Source: a bacterium
GTDB lineage: Bacteria; Patescibacteriota; Saccharimonadia; Saccharimonadales; JAGQNK01
Reading direction: 5' to 3'
Length of the DNA stretch: 49,324 nt
Assembly (NCBI GenBank): GCA_029557815.1
Contig: JAKQHX010000025.1
Location: 1 to 49,324, forward strand
Numbering within the stretch: the first letter of the stretch is position 1; every line of letters begins with the position of its first letter. The translations under genes were made by a program, and so were the position numbers. The notes under the pieces were generated by a model that saw only the letters and a list, made by a program, of their open reading frames with translations, had not been told where the DNA came from and did not search any database. This document shows positions 8,546 to 18,531 of the stretch, piece after piece.

Positions 8546-10360
8546 ATGAGCGTTTTATCGGCAGAAGCCCAAAAGCAAGTCGAAGAAAGATTAGTTGCCG
8601 AGAAACTCATAAGCTCGGCAGAGCTTGCAGATATCAAAAAAAAAGCAGAAGCTGAAAACAAGCCCTTCATGGGTATGCTGATAGCAGATAGTAAGGTTAC
8701 TAACGAGCAGCTTACCCGAACGATAGCACATGTGACGAATGTGCCCTACGTCAACCTGACCAATGCCCAGATTGACCAAGAGATACTAGCACTTCTACCC
8801 AAAGAAATTGCCGAACGATACATGGCTGTACCATTAGGTGAAATGCAGCGCCGCTTGGTAGTGGCAATGCTTGATGCAGGTAACGTGCAGGCAGTGGACT
8901 TTTTGGCCAACAAAATTGGTCGCCCGCTCAAGGTATACTCTGCGAGTGAAGAGGGTATTCGTAGTGTTATCAAACAATACGAAGGCGCGAGCCTTGGTAA
9001 GGAGATGGAGGCTGCCCTTGGCGCTCAGCAGCAGCAAGACCAGCAGGTTCAAGATGAAGAGGCTGCAACTAAGAAGACAAAAGGCAAGCAGGACAACAAA
9101 ATTCAGACAATTGTCCAGGATTCGCCTATCAGTAAAGCGCTATCGACCATCCTGGACTATGCAGCCAAGAACCGTGCTAGCGACATCCATATTGAGCCCT
9201 TGGAGCATGAGCTCAAGATACGTTGCCGGATTGATGGGGTACTTCGCGAAATCATGAAGTTACCCAAAAGTACTGAGCCGCCTCTGGTTTCACGTATCAA
9301 GATTCTCGCTAACCTAAAGATTGACGAACATCGTATCCCGCAGGATGGCCAGTTTACGATACATTCTGGGGATAAGGACATTGACCTGCGTATCGCTATT
9401 TCTCCTGTTGTATGGGGGGAACAGGTGGTCATTCGTCTGCTCGACAAGTCTGGTACAACCTTGAAGCTCGAGGACATGGGTTACAAAGGCCGGGCCCTGC
9501 GAGCAATTCGTGAAGGCATTAAGTCATCTAACGGGATGGTCCTTACTTCCGGCCCGACCGGTTCGGGTAAGTCGACCTCTATGTACGCGCTCATCCAGGA
9601 GATAAAAAGTGACGGCATCAATATCGTCACGCTTGAAGACCCGGTGGAGTACAAGGTGGGTGGAGTCAATCAAATCCAAGTAAATGCAGATGTTGGACTG
9701 ACGTTTGCTGCCGGTCTACGGTCTATCTTGCGTCAAGACCCGGATGTTGTGATGGTCGGAGAAATCCGCGACAAAGAAACCGCACAGCTAGCTGTGCAGG
9801 CGGCCCTGACAGGACACCTTGTGTTTAGTACGCTTCATACCAACTCAGCAGCTGGTATTTTGCCGCGTCTGCTTGACATGGGTATCGAGCCGTTCCTGAT
9901 AGCTAGTACGGTACGGACGGTCATTGGACAGCGACTGGTGCGTAGAATCAGCGAAGAAGGAAAGCAAAGTTATCAATCTGATGCCGCAGAAACAGAGGCC
10001 CTGCACGAAGTACTGGGCAAGTTGCTGCCTGAGAAAGACGCCGAGATGGCAGCGGTCGCGCAGGATCTTGGCTATGAAAGCTTGCCTCTGAAGGGGCAAA
10101 ACGCTTATACTTTGTTCAAGGGCATGGATAGCCCTGCCTCTCCAGGGGGATATAAGGGTCGTATGGGGTTATATGAAGTATTCCCCGTATCTGACGCCAT
10201 CAAGGCGCTCATCCTGAAGCGAGCAACTAGTTCGGAAATCCAGAAGGTTGCAGAAGCCGAGGGGATGGTAAGCATGAGAGAAGACGGCTATCTGAAAGCC
10301 TTAGCAGGCTATACGACATTATCAGAGGTAAACCGCGTAGCGGCAGCCGACAACGCATAA
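8546..10360 (+). CDS. pilB: Type IV pilus extension ATPase PilB (GspE/PulE family)
   Basis: ASDIHIEP, Walker A GPTGSGKS, LRQDPDVVMVGEIRD, His box TLHTN. Confidence 0.95.
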   Translation: MSVLSAEAQKQVEERLVAEKLISSAELADIKKKAEAENKPFMGMLIADSKVTNEQLTRTIAHVTNVPYVNLTNAQIDQEILALLPKEIAERYMAVPLGEMQRRLVVAMLDAGNVQAVDFLANKIGRPLKVYSASEEGIRSVIKQYEGASLGKEMEAALGAQQQQDQQVQDEEAATKKTKGKQDNKIQTIVQDSPISKALSTILDYAAKNRASDIHIEPLEHELKIRCRIDGVLREIMKLPKSTEPPLVSRIKILANLKIDEHRIPQDGQFTIHSGDKDIDLRIAISPVVWGEQVVIRLLDKSGTTLKLEDMGYKGRALRAIREGIKSSNGMVLTSGPTGSGKSTSMYALIQEIKSDGINIVTLEDPVEYKVGGVNQIQVNADVGLTFAAGLRSILRQDPDVVMVGEIRDKETAQLAVQAALTGHLVFSTLHTNSAAGILPRLLDMGIEPFLIASTVRTVIGQRLVRRISEEGKQSYQSDAAETEALHEVLGKLLPEKDAEMAAVAQDLGYESLPLKGQNAYTLFKGMDSPASPGGYKGRMGLYEVFPVSDAIKALILKRATSSEIQKVAEAEGMVSMREDGYLKALAGYTTLSEVNRVAAADNA

Positions 10361-10549
10361 AGAGCAAGAGGGGTGGGAATACAAAGATGGCAACGAGCAG
10401 GCATAACAGGAAAGCTTTCAGGAGCGAGAGTCATTGTGACGGACGCGGTTTGGCTGTTATTTTGAGGAGGCATAACTGTAGTTACGGTGACGAAAAAAAC
10501 GGTCAAAACGGGTCGTCAGAATGGCTCGTAGCGGAAAGGATGTCCTGAT

Positions 10550-11620
10550 ATGGCTGCTCAACAACCAAGAATAGAAATCCTCTTAGAGGAAGTCATCAAG
10601 AAAAAAGCGTCTGACCTTCATATTCAGGTAGGTTTGCCACCTATGCTACGTGTTGACGGCCAATTACTTGCTATTTCTGGTACAGAAGTACTCACAGAGG
10701 AAACCGTTGAGACGCTGATTTTTGCTATTCTGGATGAAGACCAGAAACAAATCTTGCTCAAGGACAAGGAGTTTGACTTTAGTTTTGCCTTTGGGGATCT
10801 GGGGCGCTTCCGTGTCAACGCCTTTCATGAACGGGGCAACCTGGCTGCTGCACTGCGCTTGATCCCGAACGAAATCCTTACCATCGAGCAGCTTGGTTTG
10901 CCGCCTGTGGTCAATAAGTTTGCGGAATATCCTCGGGGGCTCGTGCTTGTTACTGGACCAACCGGTTCCGGTAAGTCGACGACGCTTGCTGCGCTCCTAC
11001 ACAAAATCAATATGGAACGTGCCGCCCACGTCGTAACGATAGAGGACCCAATAGAGTTCACTCATACGTCACAGAAGTCGGTCATCGTGCAGCGCGAAGT
11101 TCACTACGATACGTATTCGTTCTCGGCAGCTCTCCGTTCTAGTTTGCGTCAAGACCCGGATGTTGTGCTCATCGGAGAAATGCGTGATCTAGAGACCATT
11201 GCAGCAGCTATCACCATTGCCGAAACCGGCCACTTGGTGTTCGCTACACTTCACACTAACTCGGCGGCACAGTCCATCGATCGTATGATAGATGTTTTCC
11301 CACCGCACCAGCAGCCGCAGGTACGGTCACAGCTTGCAAATATCCTGATGGCTATCTGCGCCCAACGTTTGGTACCGGCCATCGGCGGTGGTAGAATAGC
11401 GGCAGCAGAAATCTTGGTGGCTACGCCAGCAGTGCGCAATATCATCAGGGAAGGAAAGAGTCACCAGCTTGAGGCGGTCATTCAGACCGGAGCCGAGTTT
11501 GGTATGCAATCCATGGACAAGACACTGGTCAATCTGATTCATAACGGTACAGTTACATACGATGAAGCACGTATGATAGCGGTAGATATTGACGAATTAG
11601 ACAGGCTTATGAGAGGTTAA
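10550..11620 (+). CDS. pilT: Type IV pilus retraction ATPase PilT
   Basis: GPTGSGKSTT, TIEDPIE, AETGHLVFATLHT, AVRNIIRE, GMQSMD. Confidence 0.95.
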   Translation: MAAQQPRIEILLEEVIKKKASDLHIQVGLPPMLRVDGQLLAISGTEVLTEETVETLIFAILDEDQKQILLKDKEFDFSFAFGDLGRFRVNAFHERGNLAAALRLIPNEILTIEQLGLPPVVNKFAEYPRGLVLVTGPTGSGKSTTLAALLHKINMERAAHVVTIEDPIEFTHTSQKSVIVQREVHYDTYSFSAALRSSLRQDPDVVLIGEMRDLETIAAAITIAETGHLVFATLHTNSAAQSIDRMIDVFPPHQQPQVRSQLANILMAICAQRLVPAIGGGRIAAAEILVATPAVRNIIREGKSHQLEAVIQTGAEFGMQSMDKTLVNLIHNGTVTYDEARMIAVDIDELDRLMRG

Positions 11621-11716
11621 GACCACCAGAGCAATGAAAAAAGAGCGAATACAAAGAGTACTGGGGCGAGAAACGGCTATTGCAGCCCGTGCGTATGATG
11701 TAGGGGGATCTTTGTC

Positions 11717-12940
11717 ATGTTGACGTATAAATATACTGCCCGCGATGCGGCTACAGGGAAGAAGATTACCGCAGAGGTCCAAGCTGCAAGTGAACAAGCA
11801 GCCGCAAAGTTACTTCGTGACCAGGGCTTGTCACCGATTGAAATTACACCCTTGAGCAGTGGTGGCAGTAATCCTATATCCCGGTTCAAGAACCGTATAA
11901 AGATAAAAGACAAGATTCTATTTTCCCGTCAGTTATCTACGCTGATAAACGCCGGCTTGCCGTTGGTCCAATCACTTCGCACGGTGGGTGGACAGACACA
12001 GAACAAGGCGCTCAAGATAGTCATTCAGGATGTTATTACGGACGTGGAGTCTGGTTCGGCGCTTTCTGTCGCCCTAGGGAAACATCCTACCGTGTTCAAT
12101 GAGATATACATTAGCCTTATCGCTGCCGGCGAAGCATCCGGTACGCTTGATAAATCACTGGAACGCCTCGCGAACCAGCAGGAAAAAGACGCTGAAATAC
12201 TCAGCAAGGTCAAAGGAGCTATGGTATACCCGGTTATCGTGCTGGTGGTAATGGGCCTTGTTATCGGATTTATGCTTATCAAGGTTATGCCGCAAGTGGA
12301 GCAATTGTACGAGGGTATGGGTGGTGGTGCTCAGTTGCCAATCGTAACCCGCATATTATTGTCCGTGTCTGATTTGCTCATCAAATTCTGGTATGTGGTT
12401 TTGATCGCAATGGGTTTGATGGCCTTCTTCGTCTCGCGCTGGGCGCGGACGTTTGGTGGTAAGCGTTATATAGACAGGTTCAAGATGCGTACACCGCCGC
12501 TGTCGAGCTTATTTATGAAGATGTACATGGCGCGTTTTGCCCGCACGGGTACAACGTTGGTTGCCAGTGGTGTACCGCTTATCCAGGTGCTGGAGATAAC
12601 ATCCAAGAGTATAAATAACGTTCATCTCGAAGACTCGATTAAAAGAGCCACTGAGAAGGTCAAAGGAGGTAAGGCTCTCTCCGAATCGATAGTCAACGAT
12701 CCTAACTTTTTGCCCTTGGTACCAGATATGCTGCGCATAGGTGAACAGTCCGGCTCTATAGAGCAGATGATGGAGAAGACGGCTGACTACTATGAAAAAG
12801 AAGTGGACAATGAGATTAAGGCCATATCAACCATTATCGAACCGATGTTGATGGTACTGCTCGGAATCGTGGCATTCGTAATCGTAGCAGCCGTACTGCT
12901 GCCGATTTATAGCCTGGCTGGCCAGGGTATCAGCGTCTAA
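11717..12940 (+). CDS. pilC: Type IV pilus platform protein PilC (T2SSF family)
   Basis: FSRQLSTLINAGLPL, GEASG, GEQSG, IIEP motifs; 3 TM helices. Confidence 0.95.
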   Translation: MLTYKYTARDAATGKKITAEVQAASEQAAAKLLRDQGLSPIEITPLSSGGSNPISRFKNRIKIKDKILFSRQLSTLINAGLPLVQSLRTVGGQTQNKALKIVIQDVITDVESGSALSVALGKHPTVFNEIYISLIAAGEASGTLDKSLERLANQQEKDAEILSKVKGAMVYPVIVLVVMGLVIGFMLIKVMPQVEQLYEGMGGGAQLPIVTRILLSVSDLLIKFWYVVLIAMGLMAFFVSRWARTFGGKRYIDRFKMRTPPLSSLFMKMYMARFARTGTTLVASGVPLIQVLEITSKSINNVHLEDSIKRATEKVKGGKALSESIVNDPNFLPLVPDMLRIGEQSGSIEQMMEKTADYYEKEVDNEIKAISTIIEPMLMVLLGIVAFVIVAAVLLPIYSLAGQGISV

Positions 12941-13071
12941 CTACCAGGTATCCCCAGGTTATACACAATCGAGATATATGACAAAAGAAAACGCTTGTGT
13001 TTTTTGCCGCTTATGATTATTATTCATCCATGAGTAACAATAAAATAGTGTCTTAGGGGGGCTCTAACGCT

Positions 13072-13524
13072 ATGTATCAAAATCTAAAAAAGAAAACAGA
13101 AGGCTTCACTATCATCGAAGTCCTGATCGTCTTGGCTATCGCCGGACTGATCATGCTGATCGTATTCCTGGCAGTACCTGCCTTGCAACGAAACAGCCGT
13201 AATAATGCACGGACGCAGTCAGCTTCCAAGATAGCGGCGGCAATGACGGATTGTCTGTCAAACCGCAACTATGTATTTGCATCTTGTGATAGCGCAGCTG
13301 AACTAAGTAACCCGGTAGGTACTGGTGATGCACTATCCACGGTGAGCTTCGGTGGTGCTGCTTACTCACAAACAGATGCACGTGTCGTAAACGGTGGTAA
13401 CGTGGTTTGTAATGCCGATGGTAGCGCACCACAAGCAGGTGGTGGTCCACGCTCATTCGTCGTTACCTTCCAGCTTGAAGGTGCCGGCGGCGGTACCGGT
13501 CCGAACCGTTGTGTAGGCGCATAG
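13072..13524 (+). CDS. pilA: Major type IV pilin
   Basis: Class III signal G|FTIIE with hydrophobic helix; own promoter and strong terminator; C-terminal Cys pairs. Confidence 0.88.
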   Translation: MYQNLKKKTEGFTIIEVLIVLAIAGLIMLIVFLAVPALQRNSRNNARTQSASKIAAAMTDCLSNRNYVFASCDSAAELSNPVGTGDALSTVSFGGAAYSQTDARVVNGGNVVCNADGSAPQAGGGPRSFVVTFQLEGAGGGTGPNRCVGA

Positions 13525-13548
13525 TCATAGACCAACCTGCATAAACCT

Positions 13549-13581
13549 AAAACAGTATCGGTGGATAACCGATACTGTTTT
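13549..13581 (+). terminator. Intrinsic terminator after the major pilin
   Basis: AAAACAGTATCGGT-GGATA-ACCGATACTGTTTT 14-bp stem with T tail. Confidence 0.85.
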
Positions 13582-13599
13582 TGTATATACTAGTACGTA

Positions 13600-14427
13600 A
13601 TGAATATTCTTATACTTATAGCGTTCGGCCTGTGCTTTGGTAGTTTTGTGAATGCGTTTGTTTGGCGTCTACACGAGCTTGAGACAAAGAAAAGGCTAAC
13701 GAGCAACCAAAAGAAAGTTCTATCGCCACTATATGGCCGATCTATGTGTGTTCACTGTAAGCACGAGCTAGCCTGGCATGACTTGCTGCCAGTCGTGAGT
13801 TGGCTATCGCTTGGGGGCAAGTGCCGTTATTGCGGCAAACCTATCAGCTGGCAGTACCCGGTCGTAGAACTCCTGACGGCTGGGTTATTTGTGTTGTCTT
13901 ATGCTACCTGGCCGTATGGTTTTGAGCCGGCAAGCGTAGCACTCTTCACACTCTGGCTAGTGTTCTTGGTCGGGTTTATGGCATTGGCAGCCTATGACAT
14001 CCGCTGGATGCTTCTACCGAACAGAATCGTTTATCCGCTGATTGGTCTTGCTGTACTGCAGGTAGTCATTAGGATATTGTTGACCGGAGACATCGCCGGT
14101 ACTGTTAGCGGTGCGCTTTTGGGCTTCCTGGCCATCGGAGGATTGTTTTACGTGCTGTTTCAGGTCTCTGGCGGCAAATGGATGGGAGGTGGCGATGTGA
14201 AGCTGGCGTTCATGATTGGTCCGCTCGTAGGCTCGGGAGCACTCAGTTTAATGGTGATCTTTTTCGCCTCGCTATTGGGCACGTTAGTCTCGTTGCCGTT
14301 CCTAGCAAAAAAATCTATAAAGGCAAACGACAGGATTCCATTCGGGCCATTTCTGATTACCGCAACAATACTTGTGTACCTGTATGGTGGCCGTATCTTG
14401 GAATGGTATACCCAAGGGTTACTTTGA
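13600..14427 (+). CDS. pilD: Prepilin peptidase PilD
   Basis: GSF.N, CxxC..CxxC, YDIR, MGGGDVKL, IPFGPF. Confidence 0.95.
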   Translation: MNILILIAFGLCFGSFVNAFVWRLHELETKKRLTSNQKKVLSPLYGRSMCVHCKHELAWHDLLPVVSWLSLGGKCRYCGKPISWQYPVVELLTAGLFVLSYATWPYGFEPASVALFTLWLVFLVGFMALAAYDIRWMLLPNRIVYPLIGLAVLQVVIRILLTGDIAGTVSGALLGFLAIGGLFYVLFQVSGGKWMGGGDVKLAFMIGPLVGSGALSLMVIFFASLLGTLVSLPFLAKKSIKANDRIPFGPFLITATILVYLYGGRILEWYTQGLL

Positions 14428-14493
14428 GGGTTCCTCTTATTCCTGGGGATAAATAGCTGTCAGATTTACTGCTTATGCTATATACTTGAGAGC

Positions 14494-15387
14494 ATGAAAG
14501 GCCGGGGGAGCCACGCCAATACCCATACTGATACCCCTGTTACTAAAAACAGGGTTCTGAGAATTTTGCGCACTTCAAGCACAGGTTACACTATTACAGA
14601 GGTAATGATATTCTTGGCTGTGACGACGGGTATTTTTGTTATGGTGGCAAGCACGTTCAGCCAACGCCAGCGAAACACCGAATTTAACACCGCTGCGCGG
14701 GAAATAGAATCCCAGGTTCAGGATATTGCAAATGACATCACCACTGGCTTCTATAGCAGCACAGAAGGCTTCAGGTGTACTACCACTGGGCCTCTTAGTG
14801 ATAGGGTGCCCAATATCACACCGGCGCCTCCAGGAGGCGGCCAGCAAGGGACGAGCCAGGATTGTATACTGGTGGGACGTGCGATACATTTCGTAGGAGC
14901 TTCGGCTGGTGAGTCATACAACGTCTACTCAGTTGCCGGTGCGCGTAGGACGTCGGTTTCTTCTGATGAACGGAACGTCGAGAATTATAACGAGGCAAAC
15001 CCGAGGGCTATAACAGCCGCCGGCATGGTAGAAACAAAGCAGGTTCCAAGGGGGCTTACCATTAGGGGTATGCGCATTGGCGGTGGAGGTGGGACGGTAA
15101 TTAATGGTGTAGGATTTTTCACGACGTTTGGGGCGGCTGCCTCTGCGAATCCAACGGCGCTGAGCGTGAACCTGGTTCCCCTCACTGGTAGTACTTCCGC
15201 CAATATGGAATCAGCTATTAACTCGGTTTCAGATGCTACGCCAATAAATCCGGCCGGAGGTGTTGTAGTCTGTATGGATGACGCAGGTACAAATCAACGG
15301 GCCTTGCTCAGGATTGGTACCCAAAATAGCCGGTTGACTACAGAGGTGGTAATGGAGAGTGGGACATGCGCAGCGGCAGGCTTCTAA
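14494..15387 (+). CDS. Minor pilin-like protein
   Basis: G|YTITE prepilin motif after a long leader, then hydrophobic helix. Confidence 0.82.
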   Translation: MKGRGSHANTHTDTPVTKNRVLRILRTSSTGYTITEVMIFLAVTTGIFVMVASTFSQRQRNTEFNTAAREIESQVQDIANDITTGFYSSTEGFRCTTTGPLSDRVPNITPAPPGGGQQGTSQDCILVGRAIHFVGASAGESYNVYSVAGARRTSVSSDERNVENYNEANPRAITAAGMVETKQVPRGLTIRGMRIGGGGGTVINGVGFFTTFGAAASANPTALSVNLVPLTGSTSANMESAINSVSDATPINPAGGVVVCMDDAGTNQRALLRIGTQNSRLTTEVVMESGTCAAAGF

Positions 15388-15803
15388 GGCGGTTGGGTGA
15401 AGGCGGCGATACTATCGTTGAAGTACTGTTGGCGATTGCAGTGGTGTCAGCGGTTTTGGGCGGTGCTTTCGTGTCCGCTAATAGGTCACTTAACGGTACC
15501 CGCGTATCTCAGGAGCGTTCAGAGGCAACCAAGCTAGTCCAGAGCCAAGCCGAGCTGTTGAGTGCAGCAACCAAAGACCCCGCTGCGTCGGCTGATATCT
15601 TTGCTAACGTGGGAGTTGGCAATACCTTCTTTCTGAACAACAACCTAAGTCGAGGTGGCGCCAGCACTACCAGAGGCATTTATACTATTTTGATCCGTCG
15701 CGAAGCTCCGAACACCTTTTTGGTCAGAGCACAGTGGCAAAAGACAGGAAGCGGCACAGCAGAAGAGATGTTCATAAGGTATAGGGCATATCCAAACCCA
15801 TGA
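15366..15803 (+). CDS. Minor pilin (PilV-like position)
   Basis: G|DTIVEVLLAIAVV prepilin-like motif. Confidence 0.8.
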   Translation: MRSGRLLRRLGEGGDTIVEVLLAIAVVSAVLGGAFVSANRSLNGTRVSQERSEATKLVQSQAELLSAATKDPAASADIFANVGVGNTFFLNNNLSRGGASTTRGIYTILIRREAPNTFLVRAQWQKTGSGTAEEMFIRYRAYPNP

Positions 15804-16423
15804 GGCAACACAAACGTATCAACCAAAAACAAAAAGGTTTTACCTTGGTAGAACTTATGATAGCCAGTGCTGTTTTCGCGACAGTACTGTTGCTATGTAC
15901 CTATGGACTCCTGGAGATAGGTCGGTCCTACTATAAAGGTGCCACGATTAGCCGGACCCAGGAGACTGCCCGATTAATTACGGATGATGTGGTCGAAGCG
16001 GTTCAGTTTACTGGCGGTGGAGTTTTTGGAAATGAGGCAGCTGGATGGCATTGTATTGGCAACAAGCGCTATAGTTTTACGCGCAATGTGCAGCGAAGGG
16101 ATACCGCGCCTGTGAGGCCCCATGTACTAATGTCCGAAACAGTCCCCGCATGCAGCGGCACAAGCGGCAAGAACGGGTCAGTCGATACAGGTACACTCAC
16201 CGGAACGGATGCGAAAGAGCTCATGAACATGAGAATGCGGCTTACGAGGTTCTCTATTACACCACTAAATAACGACCTATATGAAATTACAATCAGAGTT
16301 GTAAGCGGGGATGATGACATGTTAGAAACGATTAGTGGTGAGACAGTATGTCGCAATGACAGGATTCTTTCACAGTTCTGTGCGGTGTCTCAACTAACAA
16401 CAATTGCACGAAAGAGGGTGTAG
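15800..16423 (+). CDS. Minor pilin (PilW-like position)
   Basis: KG|FTLVELMIA prepilin motif. Confidence 0.85.
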   Translation: MRQHKRINQKQKGFTLVELMIASAVFATVLLLCTYGLLEIGRSYYKGATISRTQETARLITDDVVEAVQFTGGGVFGNEAAGWHCIGNKRYSFTRNVQRRDTAPVRPHVLMSETVPACSGTSGKNGSVDTGTLTGTDAKELMNMRMRLTRFSITPLNNDLYEITIRVVSGDDDMLETISGETVCRNDRILSQFCAVSQLTTIARKRV

Positions 16424-16425
16424 GG

Positions 16426-17523
16426 ATGAGAAGACACACACAAAAGAGCAACATTACCCATGATCAGCAGGGACTTGTATCATTTATGGTCGTGACAGTG
16501 ATTATGGTCATAACAACCCTTATAGTCATGTCTTACGCCCGTGTTGTACGGCGCGAGCAAGTTCAGACGACCGATCGTCAACTAAATGTACAGGCATTAT
16601 ATGCAGCGGAGTCTGCGGTGAATGATGCTATGAATGCGCTAAATACGAATCCATCTTTAGTCACCGGCGGACCATACAATGATTGCGATGACTTCACCAC
16701 GGCGGCAGGTTTAACCTCGAACCTTGGCAACAATGTGGCTTACTCATGTTTGTTAGTTGATGCTTCGCCGACACGGCTGGAATACGATGGTATCAATACG
16801 AATGAATCGACTGTAATACCATTGGAAGCAGAAGACGGGGGGTCTATAGACAGGGTAGAGATCTCCTGGGACAGTGATGCGCCAGGAGACCCAAATCCGC
16901 TCGCCGGTTGTTATACCGTAACCAATACTTTGCCAGTAAACTGGCCTGCCACCTGCAGGGTTGGCATGCTTCGGTTTGAGCTGTTGCCGTTCGGTAGTGG
17001 AATGACAAGAGAGGCTATGATAACAGGGCAGGCAGTTGGTTTCCTGGTTCCATACCGTACGGGAGGATCTGGCGCAGGAGGCGTTGGGTTATTCCGGCAG
17101 ACACCATCAGCTTCCCAAAATAAGGGTGAAGTAGTAGGAGTACAATGTGACGACCCAACTGCCGGTACCCGTAGGTGCACGTTCGTCATTAGTGGTATAT
17201 CATCAAATCTGGCCTATCTGCGGCTCAAATCTATTTATCGGAATACGCCAGTAACAGTACGAATATTCAGAGGGGCAGCGCCTAGTCCGCTCGAAACCAC
17301 TGGAGCACAGGTCGAGATTGATGTGACGGGCCGTGTTGCCGGAGTAGTAAAGCGAATCAAGGTGAACCGTCAGGTACCAGCGCCTACTGCAAACAGGGAA
17401 CAAATTGCACCGGAGTTCGCGATCCAGTCACGAAACACCTTGTGTAAGCACTTTACTTTTAGGACTGGGCCAACAGTTATAGCGCCGCAGACATCAGGTG
17501 ACGAGTGTGACCCTCGGACCTAG
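16426..17523 (+). CDS. PilX-like minor pilin
   Basis: QQG|LVSF lacking Glu5 and QALYAAESAV, typical of the PilX N-terminus. Confidence 0.8.
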   Translation: MRRHTQKSNITHDQQGLVSFMVVTVIMVITTLIVMSYARVVRREQVQTTDRQLNVQALYAAESAVNDAMNALNTNPSLVTGGPYNDCDDFTTAAGLTSNLGNNVAYSCLLVDASPTRLEYDGINTNESTVIPLEAEDGGSIDRVEISWDSDAPGDPNPLAGCYTVTNTLPVNWPATCRVGMLRFELLPFGSGMTREAMITGQAVGFLVPYRTGGSGAGGVGLFRQTPSASQNKGEVVGVQCDDPTAGTRRCTFVISGISSNLAYLRLKSIYRNTPVTVRIFRGAAPSPLETTGAQVEIDVTGRVAGVVKRIKVNRQVPAPTANREQIAPEFAIQSRNTLCKHFTFRTGPTVIAPQTSGDECDPRT

Positions 17524-17536
17524 CGCCACTTGAAGC

Positions 17537-18451
17537 CTAATCTTTGTTACGGTGGAATTTGTTGTGGATCTCTTTTAGATGGGGATCGGTGACATGTGTA
17601 TAAATCTGTGTGGTAGCTATATTGCTGTGACCGAGCATGGCTTGGACGGATCTCAGGTCAGCTCCGTTCATGAGTAAATCTGTCGCAAACGAGTGGCGCA
17701 GTGTATGGGGTGAAACCGGCTTGGTGATGCCAGCCAGCAAGGCGTTTTTGGCAACCATGCGTTGGACACTGCGGGCGGTTAGGCGATGATAATTACCTGT
17801 CAGGTCAACTTTTTTACTCCCGCTGTAGCGAATGAACAAAGGCCTCGTCGTGTCGGTTCGTTTGTCGAGGTATTTTTGTACCCAGTCGGCTGCCTCAGGA
17901 CTGATGAAGATAGGTCGGTCTTTTTGGCCTTTACCTCGTACCATGAATTCCCGTCGCTTGAGGTTAATGTGATCCTTGTCTAATCCAACGAGCTCAGAGA
18001 CGCGCAGTCCGGAAGAAAAAAGTAGTTCAAGGATTGCCCGGTCACGCAATCCGGGTAGGGTCTGAAGATCAGGCTGCGCAAATAATCGTTCCAGTTCTTC
18101 GGGCGACAGGAAAGTTACTTGCTTGCGCTTGGTCCGGGCAAGTTCAATCTTGTCGGCGGTAAGAGCGGGGATGTTACGTTTGGCACAGAACTTCAAAAAA
18201 CTGCGTAGTGCAATGAGGTGATAATTCATAGTTGTTTTGCTCAGTTCGTCGCTGGTGTTGGTGCCAAGCCGGTTCAGCCATAGGCGCCACTTGCGTATCA
18301 GTTCCGCATCTATGTCGCCTATGGTGATGTCACCGGCGAAGTCTATAAGCCGAGTCAAATAATGATCGTAATTGGCAATCGTTTTCTGCGAGCGGTTTTG
18401 CTCGATTTCCAGATATTCAAGAAAATCTGTTTTGGCTTTGGCGAATAGCAT
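17537..18451 (-). CDS. Tyrosine recombinase, XerC/XerD family
   Basis: SGLRVSE, GKGQK, HTLRHSFAT, LGH, TQIYT catalytic residues; likely start MLFAKAK. Confidence 0.93.
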   Translation of the reverse strand: MLFAKAKTDFLEYLEIEQNRSQKTIANYDHYLTRLIDFAGDITIGDIDAELIRKWRLWLNRLGTNTSDELSKTTMNYHLIALRSFLKFCAKRNIPALTADKIELARTKRKQVTFLSPEELERLFAQPDLQTLPGLRDRAILELLFSSGLRVSELVGLDKDHINLKRREFMVRGKGQKDRPIFISPEAADWVQKYLDKRTDTTRPLFIRYSGSKKVDLTGNYHRLTARSVQRMVAKNALLAGITKPVSPHTLRHSFATDLLMNGADLRSVQAMLGHSNIATTQIYTHVTDPHLKEIHNKFHRNKD

Positions 18452-18531
18452 AAACACATTGTACGACATAAGTGCAGTGCGTTGATAACTTTGCTATACT
18501 GGTGAAAATACATAAAGAAGGATTATTTTAC

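Noticed and set aside
9728..11167. 24-bp identity (ttgcgtcaagacccggatgttgtg) between pilB and pilT
   Set aside because: Encodes the conserved LRQDPDVV motif of paralogous ATPases and is too short to claim gene conversion.
12959..12967. DnaA-box matches (TTATACACA here, TGTGTATAA at 46037)
   Set aside because: Isolated boxes with no cluster and no dnaA/dnaN nearby, so they do not support an oriC call.
17537..18480. Tyrosine recombinase as a mobile-element integrase, or a dif site beside it
   Set aside because: It looks like a housekeeping XerC/D in core context, with no att pair or cargo, and the upstream sequence matches dif poorly.
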